A stretch of DNA of 63,208 nucleotides, the filler included, from Reclinomonas americana ATCC 50394 (Eukaryota), in NCBI GenBank assembly GCA_048213135.1. It is 5 parts of 3 records of this genome, joined end to end, with 100 filler letters (N's around TTAATTAATTAA, not from the genome) between each part and the next. Parts side by side here need not be neighbours in the genome. Positions count along the whole stretch, not along the records: positions 12,660 to 32,695 come from PS015128.1; positions 32,796 to 54,039 come from PS015128.1; 3 more parts are not named here. One strand, written 5' to 3'. Made by a program: the position numbers and the translations under genes. Positions 23,778 to 41,970 of the stretch are shown here, piece by piece; position 1 is the stretch's first letter; each line of letters begins with the position of its first letter. The notes under the pieces were generated by a model. The model was not told where the DNA came from, searched no databases, and worked only from the letters and a program-made list of their open reading frames with translations.

Positions 23778-26700
23778 ATGCATATGCAGCGGGATGATGT
23801 GGAAGACATTCGCCGGGAAACGCTTGGTGTGTCTGTCTGTCTGTGATCGAACGCGTGTTTGAGTGTTGCTCATCAGTTCGCGTGCACAGTGGCGATGCAG
23901 GTTACAAAGATCCGCAGTCAGGTCATGCATCGCTTGCCAGTGGAGCCGTCTCGTTTCGCGTGGATTCCGTCTTCATTTGCATGCTTGGCTGGCTGTCTAA
24001 CTTGTGCTTTGTGTGTGGACAGCGGACGGCGAGCTGTTGCGGCTTGGTCGCGTCCAGCACGACCACTGTGAGTGGCTCGTCAAGATCGTCGGCGGGTCGT
24101 CGATATACAAGATGATCGAGGTGCAGGGTGAGTAATTTGGACAAGATCGATTGTTGGCGATTGCTTGTTCAGTGCTCACGCGTCATGGCTCTGCAGACAA
24201 CGCCGCTGGTGATGCGCTGATTGATGCGCTGGCCGACATTGTGCCTCTGTGTGCGGGCATCAAGAGTCTGCGAGTCAGCGGTGAGTAGATTGGCTTGCTC
24301 GTGATCACGTCGCCCCACCTGATCTGCGATACTCCACAGGGCGAGGCGCCGGCGATCGCTCACTTCGACGGCTAGCGGGTGCCCTGGAGCGCAACCCGAC
24401 AGTGGAAACGTGCACCGTGTCTCGTTGCGTGAACACTCACACTCGGCAAAGAACCAAGCGTATTCACGCATCTTTTCTTCTTCCCCCGTCGCCAGAGTCG
24501 AATGCGAGCGATGCCACCGTTGTCGCCTTTGGTCGAGTCTTGGCCACGCACCCAGCTCTGGTCAGCGTCAGCCTGAAGGGTTCGTGGTTGATACAGGAGA
24601 ATGTGTGTTCCTCCCATGAATTAACCAGTGGCATCTCCTGCAGACAACACGGCAGTGACTCCGGCGAGTGCGCCGGCGCTGCTAGATGCTCTGCTCGGGA
24701 ATCCGCGATTGGAGACTGTCAACTTTAAGAGTTGCATTTCGGCGTTGGTATAGTCGACAGTGCACACTTGTTGGTCGCTCATTTTGGTGTGTCACACAGG
24801 AGCAAGCTCAAGTCCCCTGCCGCTGCAGTGTACGCCGCCGGTGGCCGACGAACTTCGGCGGGTGGCCGACGCCGTGTGGGCGCATCCGCGACTCAAATTC
24901 TTCATGGGGCACCAGCTCACGATGCTGGCACAAATGGCCAACGAGCCTACTCTGACGTTGCTTCGTTGCGTTCTCCTCTGTGTGCGGTGACCGGAGCAAA
25001 ATAGTTGCCTGTGTGCTCACCCCTCTCTCCTTGGCAGGTGCATGCGACGATTTGGATCTGGCGCTGATTAGTTCACGCATGGCGCAAGGCGAGGCACAGA
25101 CCAAGTCTGTGAAGCTGTCCGGTGAGCCGATGTGCAACGAGATGGCATGGTGGTCGTGTGAGCTGATTATTACTGGCACAGGTCCACTCACCGACGCCGG
25201 TCTGGAGCTGCTGGGTTCCGCGTTGCGCGCCGTCACCACTCTGTTCCTCATTAGTTGTGTGCATCAGCGCTGCTTGATATCCTCCTCTTCCTTCTTCCTG
25301 TGCTAATTAATACGTGATGCGCGACAGCGTGCGGCATCTCGAGTGGCGGACTGCGTGCGGTGGTCGCTCATCAAGTACGGCTGCAGACGCTGCGAGATTT
25401 GTGCATTCACGGTGTGCTGCGACGAGCTGTTTGTGCTTTCGATGATGCTGGTGTCTCACACGTTCAATGTGTGTGCAGATTGCCCGGACGTTGGCGATGC
25501 CGGTGCGGAGGCCATTGCGCAGCTCATTAGCGAATCAAGTGCATTCTCGCGACTGCAATTATCGGGTGCGCACATCCAGATCGCCACTTGATGTTTGCGG
25601 GTGGGCTGCTCACGTTGCTTGCACATGGCAGGATGTGGCATTGGCGACCGAGGTGCACGGGCTCTGGCACACGCTGTGGCGTCATCGACATCGCAGGTGA
25701 CGCATGTGGATCTGTCGAGTTGCGTTCTATTCTGTCGTGCTTTCACCGTCTCTTCTCCTGACGTTGTGTGGGCGATAGGCAACCAAATCACTGTTATTGG
25801 CATGGGTGAGTGGCAGCAGACCACAAAGAGTGATCCGGATACGCTGGAGTGGCTGGGGTTGGCGGGTGAGTTGATAGAGGGGGAAGGGAGAGAAGGGGGA
25901 AGGGAGGAAGGGGAAAGGAAGGGGGGCAAAGGGAAGGGGAGGGAGGCGAATAAAAGAGACTGATGGAGAAGGGGGAAAGATGAGAAGGAGAGGAATGTGA
26001 GAGGGGAATGGGGAAGCGGGAAGGTGGAAGACAAGGTTGAGAAGAGCAGGAGAGAGAGGGAGAGGGAAGAGAGAGTGGATGAGATTGAGAGGTGGGGAGA
26101 CAAGCCAGAGAAGTTATAAGCGTTGAGCACGAGTGAGTGGCGCGACCAATAGTTTGATGCAACTCTGAGATCTATTTCGTTTGTGAGGGAAGCAAGGCTG
26201 AGAGGGGAAAGACGAGAGTGAGAAAGGAGGCCAGTGGGGAAGATCTCGCAACTTCGTTGTTATTACCGTTCAATTCCTGATTCTCGTTCCGCCCAGGCAA
26301 CGAAATCACCGTCGCCGTGCTGTGCGAGTGGCTCGGCTCGCTGGTCCCCAACTGTGGACTGGAGTTCGTCAATCTATTCCACCCCAACATGCACGCCCTC
26401 AGCACCGACCTGAAGGACGTGCGCAAGGTGCTGTTCAACAACGACATTGTGCGGACGGTGGTCGAGGCCTCGCACGCCAATCCGCGCCGGTTATCCGTGG
26501 CCAGGTGAAAATGCGCGGCGTGTCCCCTTGTTCTCTTTGCTTCTCCGGCCCTCACTTTGCGGGATCGCAGGCAAGAGGCCGAGTCGGATCTCGTTCGCAA
26601 GGCCGTGTGTTGCGTGCTGCTGCTGCTGCTGCTGCACTTCACTCCCCTTCTCCTTTTTTGACACGCCCGACGCAGACACGGCCAACTTCTTCATGCTGCT

Positions 26701-26899
26701 CAACTCGGAGGTCCGCCTGACGCGCATCGTGCTGCGTGCGGCCAAACGAACGCTGCTCACCGATCCCGACAAGCGCGACACGCTGCAATCGTTTGTGCTG
26801 CCGGTGCTCGAGCTCGTACTCGAAGAGCAACGTCTCGTCAAGTCGCGTCTGTGGAGAGAGTTTTGCGAGGTCCGAAGACAGAGCGAGGCGACGCATTGA
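23778..26899 (+). CDS. RNI-like (NLRC3/RanGAP-type) LRR protein, multi-exon; may have a further exon near 27010-27220
   Basis: CPDVGDAGAEAIAQLISESSAFSRLQLS|GCGIGDRGARALAHAVASSTSQVTHVDLS|SNQITVIG...LEWLGLA|GNEIT. Confidence 0.75.
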
Positions 26900-27385
26900 A
26901 GGCAAACGAAGCATCCTGTGGACAAGGCATTCAATGTGTCGGATTGTGACATGACAAGTTGGCGCCCGATTCCCCGCGAGTGAAAGCGTGAGAGCAGCAA
27001 CATGTCATCAGCAGAGGAACCCACTGGGCTCCCCGCACGTCGCGACCGCCGCGATCGTCGACGTGAGGAGCGTGAGCAGAGAGCACGAGAGGAGCTGCGA
27101 ACAGAGAGGGAACGCGAGGCTGCGTTGCGCGAGTCTGATCCTCTGGAGGGCGCAGGCGACGATGAGCCCGACGACACTGCGGTGTTTGAGATGCTCAAGA
27201 GCAGGCCCGTGAAGTACGAGTGTGAGTGGAGGAGACAGAGACCGAATCAAGACTCCAGCTCTCTCTCCCTGGTGTGCTCACTGCTCTCTCTCTCTCTCGT
27301 GCGNNNNNNNNNNNNNNNNNNNNNNNNNNNNNNNNNNNNNNNNNNNNNNNNNNNNNNNNNTTTCTCTCTCTCGTGACCACTCGCC

Positions 27386-30300
27386 ATGTCATCGGAGGAG
27401 AGCGGAGTCGTCGCCGCCGTTGCGGCTGGTGCGCCAGCAGCAGCGGAGCCAGCGACCCCGAAAGCGCACCATTCGCACGTTCCGCTGCAGCAGTCGTCGC
27501 CGGCGCACAAGCCCGCTGCGTTGCACAAGGACCTGACGGATGTGGATGCCGGTGACAATGAGGAGTATTCTGACGGGTTGACCTCAGCCGAGGCCGAGGA
27601 ACTGTTGCGTGTGTGTGGGAAGTGTGTTGCGCAGAGTGTTTTTTTCGGGCACGCCTTTCACCTAAATAGGCGACGGTTTACCGATCGCACGCACACGGAC
27701 ATGAGCATGTCTATTTCTCGCTCTCACTCGCTCTCTCTTTCCTCGCCCTTGCCTTTGCCTCTTCTCTGTGGGCGAGAAGTTGTCTCGTGTGTCGTGTTCG
27801 TTTCTGTACATTAGATTGATGACGGTAGAGTGTGACATGGCGGCCATGAAAACTGACCTTCTTCTTTCTGGCATACAGCATTCAGCAATGGGGCCCCAAC
27901 GCCATTCCGGAGAAGACGGAGAGCGTATGGATGCAGCTGTTCAAGCACTACATCCACGGGCCGATGCAGTACATGATTCTGGCGGCTGCCATTCTCTCTG
28001 GCATCATCAAGCACTACGAAGGTGCGTCTCTTCAGAAGAACCCCCGTCTTGTTGCCTGCCTGTCCACTCACACCCACTCACCCTGGCGATCGTCGCAGAT
28101 CTGGTGATCATGATTGTGCTGCTCGTCATCAACGGCACCTTGTCGTTTGTCGAGGCACGCAAGGCCGGTGATGCCGTGGCTGCGTTGAAGAACTCGCTGG
28201 CGCCGCAGAGTCGCGTGTACCGCGACGGCCGCCTGACTGAGCTCGAGGCTTCGCGTCTGGTGCCTGGCGATAAGATCCTAGTCAAATTAGGAGACATTGT
28301 TCCGGCCGACGCTCGCCTGTTGGTCTGTCGCTCTCTCGTGTCCGTTTCTTGTCGACTTCTTCTGACGAAAGTACTGTGTCTCTACATACGTGCAGGCTGG
28401 TGAACCAGTTACTGTCGATGAAAGTGCACTGACGGGCGAGTCGTTGCCGGTGACGAAGCGCTGCGGTCAGCCGATTTTGGCTGGCTCCATTATGAAGCTC
28501 GGTGAAATCGATGCCGTGGTCACCAACACGGGTGTCGTTGCGTACACGCTCTTCCTCTTTCATCATCATTCATTGCTTACTGATGATGGCGTCGACAGCA
28601 CTCGTTCCTCGGCAAGTCGGCGGCGCTCGTGGCGTCTGTGGAGAACGTCGGCCACTTCCAGCGTGTGCTGTTCTGGATTGCCATGATCATGGTGTTCGCC
28701 GCCATTCTCCTCGTCGTTATCATCCTCATTGTGCAGCTGACGCGCGGTGCGCCGCTGGGCGAGACCGCCCAGCTGTGCGTCATTGTGCTTGTCGGTATGT
28801 TGCCATTCATCTTGTTTTTGTAAATGGTAACAGTCGTATTCACTTGTTTTTGTCACCCACAGCCTCGATTCCGATTGCGCTGCCGGTGGTGGCCACGGGA
28901 ACCATGGCCATTGGTGCGCGCAAGCTGGCGCGTGCCAACGCTATTGTGGCTCGCCTGTCGGCCATTGAGGAGATGGCTGCCATGGAGATTCTGTGCTCCG
29001 ACAAGACTGGCACGCTCACCAAGGTACCCTACCCACTCGCCACACGTTCTGTCTCTTCTGACATGTATTAACTTTCATTTTTCGCTCGTGCATCACAGAA
29101 CATCCTCACGGTGAAGGAGCCATTTGTGATCAACGGAGTGCAGCCGGGCGAGTTGTACCTGGCGGCGGCTCTGGCCTCCAAGCACGAGCACGCAGATGCG
29201 ATTGACACGGCCATTAGCCAGATGATCCCCGACAAGAGCGTGCTGGCCGATTTCCGCGTCGAGAAGTTTGTGCCGTTCGGTCCCATTACCAAGCGCACGG
29301 AGGCCAGGATCTTCCACACCGCCACTGGTCGTACGTTCACAGTCACCAAGGGCGCGCCGCAGATGCTGTACGAGCTCGACGGCGAGCGACAGTCGCAAGA
29401 GATTATTGACCAGATTGAGCAGTGGGTGGTGGCACTGGCCGCTCGCGGACTGCGCCCTCTTGGTAAGTTTTCATGTTGTGGCAACTGGGGAAAGCGTGTG
29501 TGCGGATAAGTGATTGTGTGTAATGCGCAGGTGTCGCCCGCAAGGACGAGGGTGGCTCGTGGGAGTACCTCGGCCTCATCTCCATGTTTGATCCGCCTCG
29601 CGACGACACTCGCCAGACGATTGAGCGCGCTCTGGAAATGGGCGTCGACGTGAAGATGGTCACTGGCGATCACTTGCTGATTGGACAGGAGACTGCTCGC
29701 GTGCTCGGCATGGTGAGACACCATGTTCTCCTTGCCTGTACGACGATGCTTGTCGCTCATCTTCCCTCACAGGGCGACAAATTCTACGGCCACGATTTCT
29801 TCACGCTGATCAGCACCATGCCCGAGTCGTACATTGGCGAGCTGGTCGAGAACGCCGACGGTTTCGCACAAGTGTACCCCGAGCACAAGTTCTTCATTGT
29901 AGAGTCGCTGCAAAAGGCCGGTCACGTCACTGGCATGACGGGCGACGGTGTCAACGATGCTCCGGCGCTCAAGCGTGCCGATGTCGGGTGTGTTATAATT
30001 GTCAACTCGTCTTGTTTACTGTGGCCGTTTGTCCTCACATTTCTAATTTGCAGTATTGCTGTGCACGGCGCCACTGACGCTGCGCGTGCGGCCGCCGATA
30101 TCGTGCTGCTGACACAGGGTCTGTCGGTGGTCATTACGGCGCTGCTGCGCTCCCGCAAGATCTTCCAGCGCATGAAGAACTACATCATCTACCAGATCAA
30201 CCGCACGGTGCAGATCCTCGTCTTTGTCTTCATCGCCGTCATCTTCCTCCACGACATCGACAGCAACTCGCCGCTGGCCATCCCCGCCATTATCCTCGTG

Positions 30301-31914
30301 CTCATCACCGTCATCAACGACGGCACCGTCATCAGCATTGCCTTTGACAATGTGCAGACCAGCGATCGTCCCGAGCGCTGGAGCTTTGCCGTCATGCTGC
30401 CGTCGGCCATTGCCCTGGGCGTGGTGGGCGTGGTGGAGAGCTGGATCGTGTACTACAGCGCCGCGCACCGCATCTTCCTCTTCAACGACTCGCACTTCCC
30501 GCAGCTGCCGGCCGGTGCGTCGCCGACGACGTGCACCGATTACGAGAGCAACACCAGCCTCGCCGCCAACCTCAAGACTCTGTGCTCCGACAACACCGCC
30601 ATGCTCAAGGCGTGCCTCTTCTGCAGTCTGTCTATCGGCGGACAGCTCTCGGTGTACGCCTCGCGCACCAAGAGCTTCTTCTTCAGCCGCCGCCCTGGCT
30701 ACTCCCTGCTCTTCATGTCCATGTTGGTGGGTACCTCCATGGCATTGCGCCTCCTTCCTGTGTGTTTGTTGTGTGTACTCATTTGCTCTTTCGTCCTGCC
30801 ACAGGCACTGCTGATCAACTGGGTCCTCTCGGCGTGGTGGTTCCTCGGCTCTGACCTGAAGGGCATTGGACCGCGCAGCGCGGCGGTGATTTTCGGGTTC
30901 ATGGTGGCCACGTTCCTCGTCAAGGATCTGATCAAAGTGATCATATATGCTGTTGCGTGCGAAGGGGGGAAGGAGGAAGGGGGATAGGGGGAAAGGGGAG
31001 GGGAAAGGGGAAAGGGGGATGGGGAAGGGGGAAGGGGGGAAGGGGGAAGGGGGGAAGGGGAAAGGGGGGAGGGGGGAAAGGGGAAGGAGGAGGGGGAAGA
31101 GGGAAGAGGGAAGAGGAAAGGAGGAGAAGGGGGACAGGGGATAGGAGAAGGGAGGAGAGAGAGAGAGAGAGGTAGGAAAGGAAAGGATACGATGAAGTGG
31201 GATAGAAGAGGGAGGGGAGAAAAGGTAGAGCGATATAAAGGGAGAGAGAGGGGTAGTGGAATGGAGGAAGAGGGGACGAGTGGAAGAGAGACGTAGAAAG
31301 GATGAACCATGGCAAATCAGGAGAGGCAAAGGAGGAAGGGACTCGAGAAGAAGATTTCAAGTATAGACTACAATACAAGCACACGGAACAGAGGCAGTGA
31401 CGAAGCAAACGCAGCGACTAGGAGGGCGAGAGAGATAGAAAGGAAACTGGAGTCGCATCGTGAGAACATGTCCGCGAGTGAAGGAAGATGTCTGCACGAT
31501 CGAGAGATGAAGGAAGCTGTCCTTTGGTGGTATTGTTGCTCACTATTGTGGCGATCACAGTTGATCAAGGAGGCACCGTCGGCCTGGTCGGAGAAGATGG
31601 CTCGCCGCACAATGATCCGCTCGATCCACATGGGTGCGTTGGCCATTTAATGCGGCTCTTCCACTTTGTTGGTGCTCATTGTATACGATTCTGCAGCCGG
31701 CACCAATCCCGACAACATTGCTCTCGGCGTGCACGACATCAAGGTGGAACGCCGTTCGTCAAACGCCACTGGCACACCCAAGATCCGCGCCATTTCCACT
31801 CCCAGCCTCGGCGCCCGCCGCTCGCCGAGTTCCCGCCAAACTCCGCGCCAAGATGCCACCGTTGCTCACCCCGCGTCGCTGCCACCGCTCGACCTGGCCG
31901 CTGATCGCATCTAA
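27386..31914 (+). CDS. PMA1: Plasma-membrane P3A-type H+-ATPase
   Basis: [43 protein letters not shown] (phospho-Asp), [40 protein letters not shown] and the M6 motif INDGT. Confidence 0.96.
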
Positions 31915-32259
31915 TCCCCGCGAACATGCATTCATGTTTTTCTATGCATCTCCAATCTCCCCTAACGTCAAATGCCTCTGAGTTTCGCACTGCAACTGTT
32001 TTTTCCTTGCGCCCTTCTTCTTCTTCCATCTCGTTTTCTTATTTTTGTGTGATGGTTGAGTGGTGGGGGGTGTGTTTGTGGGGAATTGTGGTGAGCGAGT
32101 GTGACAGATGGCACCCTGTCGAAAAAACAAAAGAACGAATTCGAAAATTATTGAAGCAATTGTGATGTACAAAGTTGGGGCAAAGGGGTGCAGAGGGGAA
32201 GGAGTGGGACGGGGCGGGAAAGGGGGGGGGCAAAGGGCACAGAGGAGGGAAAGGAGGGG

Positions 32260-32387
32260 AAGGGGCAGCGAAGAGAAAGGAAGGGGCAGCGAAGAGAAAG
32301 GAAGGGGCAGCGAAGAGAAAGGAAGGGGCAGCGAAGAGAAAGGAAGGTGCAGCGTGGGAAGGTGCAGCGTGGGAAGGTGCAGCGTGG
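32260..32387. repeat. Minisatellites: 21-mer AAGGGGCAGCGAAGAGAAAGG x4 followed by 15-mer GGAAGGTGCAGCGTG x3
   Basis: Direct head-to-tail repeats with no spacers. Confidence 0.85.
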
Positions 32388-32588
32388 GGAAGAAGAAGAG
32401 ATCTGAATTGCAGTTGTCCCCGGCTCTTCGTACTCGTCGTTGAATTTGTCTGCGATTGCAGTGTTGCAAGCTTCTCATTACGAAGCACGCAGGCATACAC
32501 CACGAGTGTGCTGCTGCAGTTTCCGCGCCTTTTATCGCGTCCGGCTCGCGCGAAAACCTCCCACACACGCACCAATATCACATCCAAC

Positions 32589-32695
32589 ATGACGATCACA
32601 CGCACACCGCTCCTCCTCCTCCTCCTCCTCCTCTCGGCGACGCTCATCGTCACCCTCGCCGCCATCAGCGCACATGCGCGCGTCTTCCCCAGTGG
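32589..32695 (+). CDS. N-terminal fragment of a secreted protein (signal peptide), truncated by scaffold end
   Basis: [35 protein letters not shown]. Confidence 0.55.
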
Positions 32696-32795
32696 NNNNN
32701 NNNNNNNNNNNNNNNNNNNNNNNNNNNNNNNNNNNNNNNTTAATTAATTAANNNNNNNNNNNNNNNNNNNNNNNNNNNNNNNNNNNNNNNNNNNN
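32696..32795. other. Artificial scaffold spacer
   Basis: N44-TTAATTAATTAA-N44. Confidence 0.95.
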
Positions 32796-33217
32796 AAGCA
32801 CCGGTACTCGACGCGGTACTGTCGCTGCTCAAGGAGCTCGATCGGGAGAGTCTGGAGATTGTGCGCTTCCGCGTCGACTCGCAGCTCATGAGCTTGGCCG
32901 GCGGCGCCGGTAACGGTGGCAATCGCAATCGAGGTGGCGGAGGACAACAACAACAGCAGCAGCAGGCTCAACCACGTCGTCCATCCACACACTCACATGC
33001 ACCGCCTCCAGCACCGCCACCCGCCGCCGTGCACGATCCACTGCCGCCACACATGCGTCGCCAGTCGGCTGCTCCCGCTCCCGCTGCTGCTGCTGCCATC
33101 GCTGCAGAGAGCTCCCCCGGTGCCTACTCGGGCGACGGAGGTGGAGGCACTAGTGACTCGTCGCCCGAGTACGTGCGTCAGAGGAGAAGGCAGGAGCGCC
33201 CTCTGGTCTTCATGTAA
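32796..33217 (+). CDS. C-terminal fragment of a hypothetical protein
   Basis: PVLDAVLSLLKELDRESLEIVRFRVDSQLMSLAGG...low-complexity G/Q/P/A tail...RPLVFM*. Confidence 0.55.
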
Positions 33218-33221
33218 CCGA

Positions 33222-33229
33222 TGACGTCA
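33222..33229. promoter_or_regulatory. TGACGTCA motif upstream of RPS14
   Basis: Perfect CRE-like palindrome about 60 nt before the ATG at 33287. Confidence 0.45.
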
Positions 33230-33286
33230 TGGCATGAACAAATGTAACATTGTCCCACTCACAAAATAACACAAACACACGCGAGA

Positions 33287-34362
<1,076 letters not shown>

Positions 34363-35258
34363 TCTCGCGCATCCCCCCCTGGTCTCGCTCTTTGTCTCTT
34401 GCTTGCAGATTCGTGGCCGGCAGCTAGTTCTCTCCTCTTTTCTCTCTCTCTCAGTCCCCACGTATTGCTGGTAACTGCACACATTGTTGTGGTGGTGGTA
34501 GTGGAATGCGTGAGTGAGTTAAGGGCGGTAGCGGCNNNNNNNNNNNNNNNNNNNNNNNNNNNNNNNNNNNNNNNNNNNNNNNNNNNNNNNNNNNNNNNNN
34601 NNNNNNNNNNNNNNNNNNNNNNNNNNNNNNNNNNNNNNNNNNNNNNNNNNNNNNNNNNNNNNNNNNNNNNNNNNNNNNNNNNNNNNNNNNNNNNNNNNNN
34701 NNNNNNNNNNNNNNNNNNNNNNNNNNNNNNNNNNNNNNNNNNNNNNNNNNNNNNNNNNNNNNNNNNNNNNNNNNNNNNNNNNNNNNNNNNNNNNNNNNNN
34801 NNNNNNNNNNNNNNNNNNNNNNNNNNNNNNNNNNNNNNNNNNNNNNNNNNNNNNNNNNNNNNNNNNNNNNNNNNNNNNNNNNNNNNNNNNNNNNNNNNNN
34901 NNNNNNNNNNNNNNNNNNNNNNNNNNNNNNNNNNNNNNNNNNNNNNNNNNNNNNNNNNNNNNNNNNNNNNNNNNNNNNNNNNNNNNNNNNNNNNNNNNNN
35001 NNNNNNNNNNNNNNNNNNNNNNNNNNNNNNNNNNNNNNNNNNNNNNNNNNNNNNNNNNNNNNNNNNNNNNNNNNNNNNNNNNNNNNNNNNNNNNNNNNNN
35101 NNNNNNNNNNNNNNNNNNNNNNNNNNNNNNNNNNNNNNNNNNNNNNNNNNNNNNNNNNNNNNNNNNNNNNNNNNNNNNNNNNNNNNNNNNNNNNNNNNNN
35201 NNNNNNNNNNNNNNNNNNNNNNNNNNNNNNNNNNNNNNNNNNNNNNNNNNNNNNNNNN

Positions 35259-37114
35259 CTTTGCCGGTGCCAATGGCCCACACCGGCTCGTACGCAATCA
35301 CCACGTCAGCCCAGTTGCTGATGCCAGCTGCGCGGCGGTGAGAACTCAGACAGCACCACCAAGGAGACACAGAGTGTGCACACCAGCAAAAGCGGCCAGT
35401 TGGCGCTCGACGACCTCGATCGTCTGCCCGGCCTCGCGCTCCGACAGCAGCTCACCGACGCACGCCGCCACCTTCAAGCCCGCTGCTTGTGCCGCGCGGA
35501 TCTTATCGGTCATCAGCTGCAATAATGGGGAAAGGGAAACGGGGGAAAGGGGGGAGGATGAGGGAAAGGGGAGGGGAAAGGGGAAGGGAGGGGAGAAGAG
35601 GATTAGTGAGGCAAAGGATGAGAACTACAAGACGTGCAGAGAAGACGGGAAGCGAGACGAGTATGGAACAGGGGGAGGCGGGAAGAAGGTGAGGAGAGAG
35701 AAGAACAGGAGGAAAAGGGGAAGAGTGAGGGAAATGGAGGCGAAGGATGAGAATGGGGAGAGTTGGAGAAGGAGAAAGAAGAGTTGGAGAGAAGAAAAAG
35801 GGAGGCGAGACGAGTATGAGAACACAAGGAGGTGGGGAGAAGGAGAAGGGAGGGTGAGGCGAGAGGAAAGGGAAAGAGTGGGAGCAGAAAGGAGAGGGAA
35901 GAGGCGAACGGCAAAGAAAGAGGCAGGAAAACAGGTAGAACGGGATGTGACATGAACGAGAAGGGAGGGGAGAAGGGCGATGGAATTGTCAGAGAATGAG
36001 TGAGCGAGGCGATGAAAGAGAAGAGGACATGGAGAAGGGAGAAAGGACGAAGGATCACGCACCGCATCGGTCTCGCCAAACACATGACGACGCTCCGAGT
36101 GACCGAGAATGACCCAGGGGATGCCGGCATCGCGAATCATGGCGACCGTGACCTCGCCGGTAAAGGCGCCGTCCTTGATGTAGGCGTCTTGCAGGGCGAC
36201 GGCAATGCCAGGCCGCACAGTCGCCTGCACAGAGAGCGCGTACAGTGCAGGAGGTGCCACCACGACCTCTGTGTGAGGACACAGGGAGGTGAGGAGGAGG
36301 AGGAGGGGGGAGGGGGAGGAGGAGGAGGAGGAGGAGGAGGAGGAGGAGGAGGAGGAGGAGGAGGAGGAGGAGGAGAAGAANNNNNNNNNNNNNNNNNNNN
36401 NNNNNNNNNNNNNNNNNNNNNNNNNNNNNNNNNNNNNNNNNNNNNNNNNNNNNNNNNNNNNNNNNNNNNNNNNNNNNNNNNNNNNNNNNNNNNNNNNNNN
36501 NNNNNNNNNNNNNNNNNNNNNNNNNNNNNNNNNNNNNNNNNNNNNNNNNNNNNNNNNNNNNNNNNNNNNNNNNNNNNNNNNNNNNNNNNNNNNNNNNNNN
36601 NNNNNNNNNNNNNNNNNNNNNNNNNNNNNNNNNNNNNNNNNNNNNNNNNNNNNNNNNNNNNNNNNNNNNNNNNNNNNNNNNNNNNNNNNNNNNNNNNNNN
36701 NNNNNNNNNNNNNNNNNNNNNNNNNNNNNNNNNNNNNNNNNNNNNNNNNNNNNNNNNNNNNNNNNNNNNNNNNNNNNNNNNNNNNNNNNNNNNNNNNNNN
36801 NNNNNNNNNNNNNNNNNAGGAGGAGGAGAAGAAGAAGAAGAAGAAGAAGAAGAAGAAGACAAGGAGAAGTAGAAGAAGAGGAAGAATGTGACAGAGGAGG
36901 CAGAGAGGGAGGAGCAGGAGCTCACCAACATTGGCGGGAAGATCAGCCGCGTTGAGGCTGTCGACAAGTGCAGCAGTGGATGCCTTGTTGCCGTTCTGTT
37001 TTGCACACAAGCTGTGAGTGGCAGCACATGGTGGCGTGGCGTTGTGTGTCATGTGCACGAAACGGCTTTCCAGTTGCCGCCGACCCAGGGAGTGCGAGAT
37101 GCGGATGCGGCCAT
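35259..37114 (-). CDS. TPI1: Triosephosphate isomerase (3' end in gap)
   Basis: [11 protein letters not shown]..., [31 protein letters not shown]. Confidence 0.98.
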
Positions 37115-37653
37115 TGTCGATGAAAGGAAAAGAATGTCCTGCCGTGTACGGCTTTCTTCGTAACTTCGGATGGTATGTCGGGCAGCTGCTGGTGGATCGG
37201 TAGAAGAAGCGCCCATGTACATCGACCGCTGTAACCACTGCCGGTTTGCTGCAAACGTCGACGTCGACGTCGATTGCGTCGACGTCGCCAAGGGAACGAA
37301 TTCGTGTGAGAAAGAGTCAGACGTGTGTGTATAACGGTGCACGCAGAGGAGCTGTTGTTCTTCATTGACTGGCATCAAACACGCAGCGAGACTTCGCGAG
37401 GACTCAAACGAAAATTCACGCATCTTTCATTGTTTGCAACGCGTAGCGCGTTCGTGCTTTGTGTGTGTGTCACAGTGCGCGAGAGAGTGCATTGTGCAGG
37501 TTTGTGTGCGCGCGCGTGTGCGTGTGTGTGCATGTTGTGTAAGTTGCTGACATGGAATCTATATTGTGCGTTGGCAGCTCTTCCCCCCACACTCTCTCTT
37601 CTCTCTCGTGCGTGTGTGTGTGTGCATCAGTGTGTCTCTGCTGAGCTGATATC

Positions 37654-41970
<4,317 letters not shown>

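Noticed and set aside
32260-32387. Possible CRISPR-like array
   Set aside because: The repeats are head-to-tail without unique spacers, there are no cas genes, and the context is eukaryotic.
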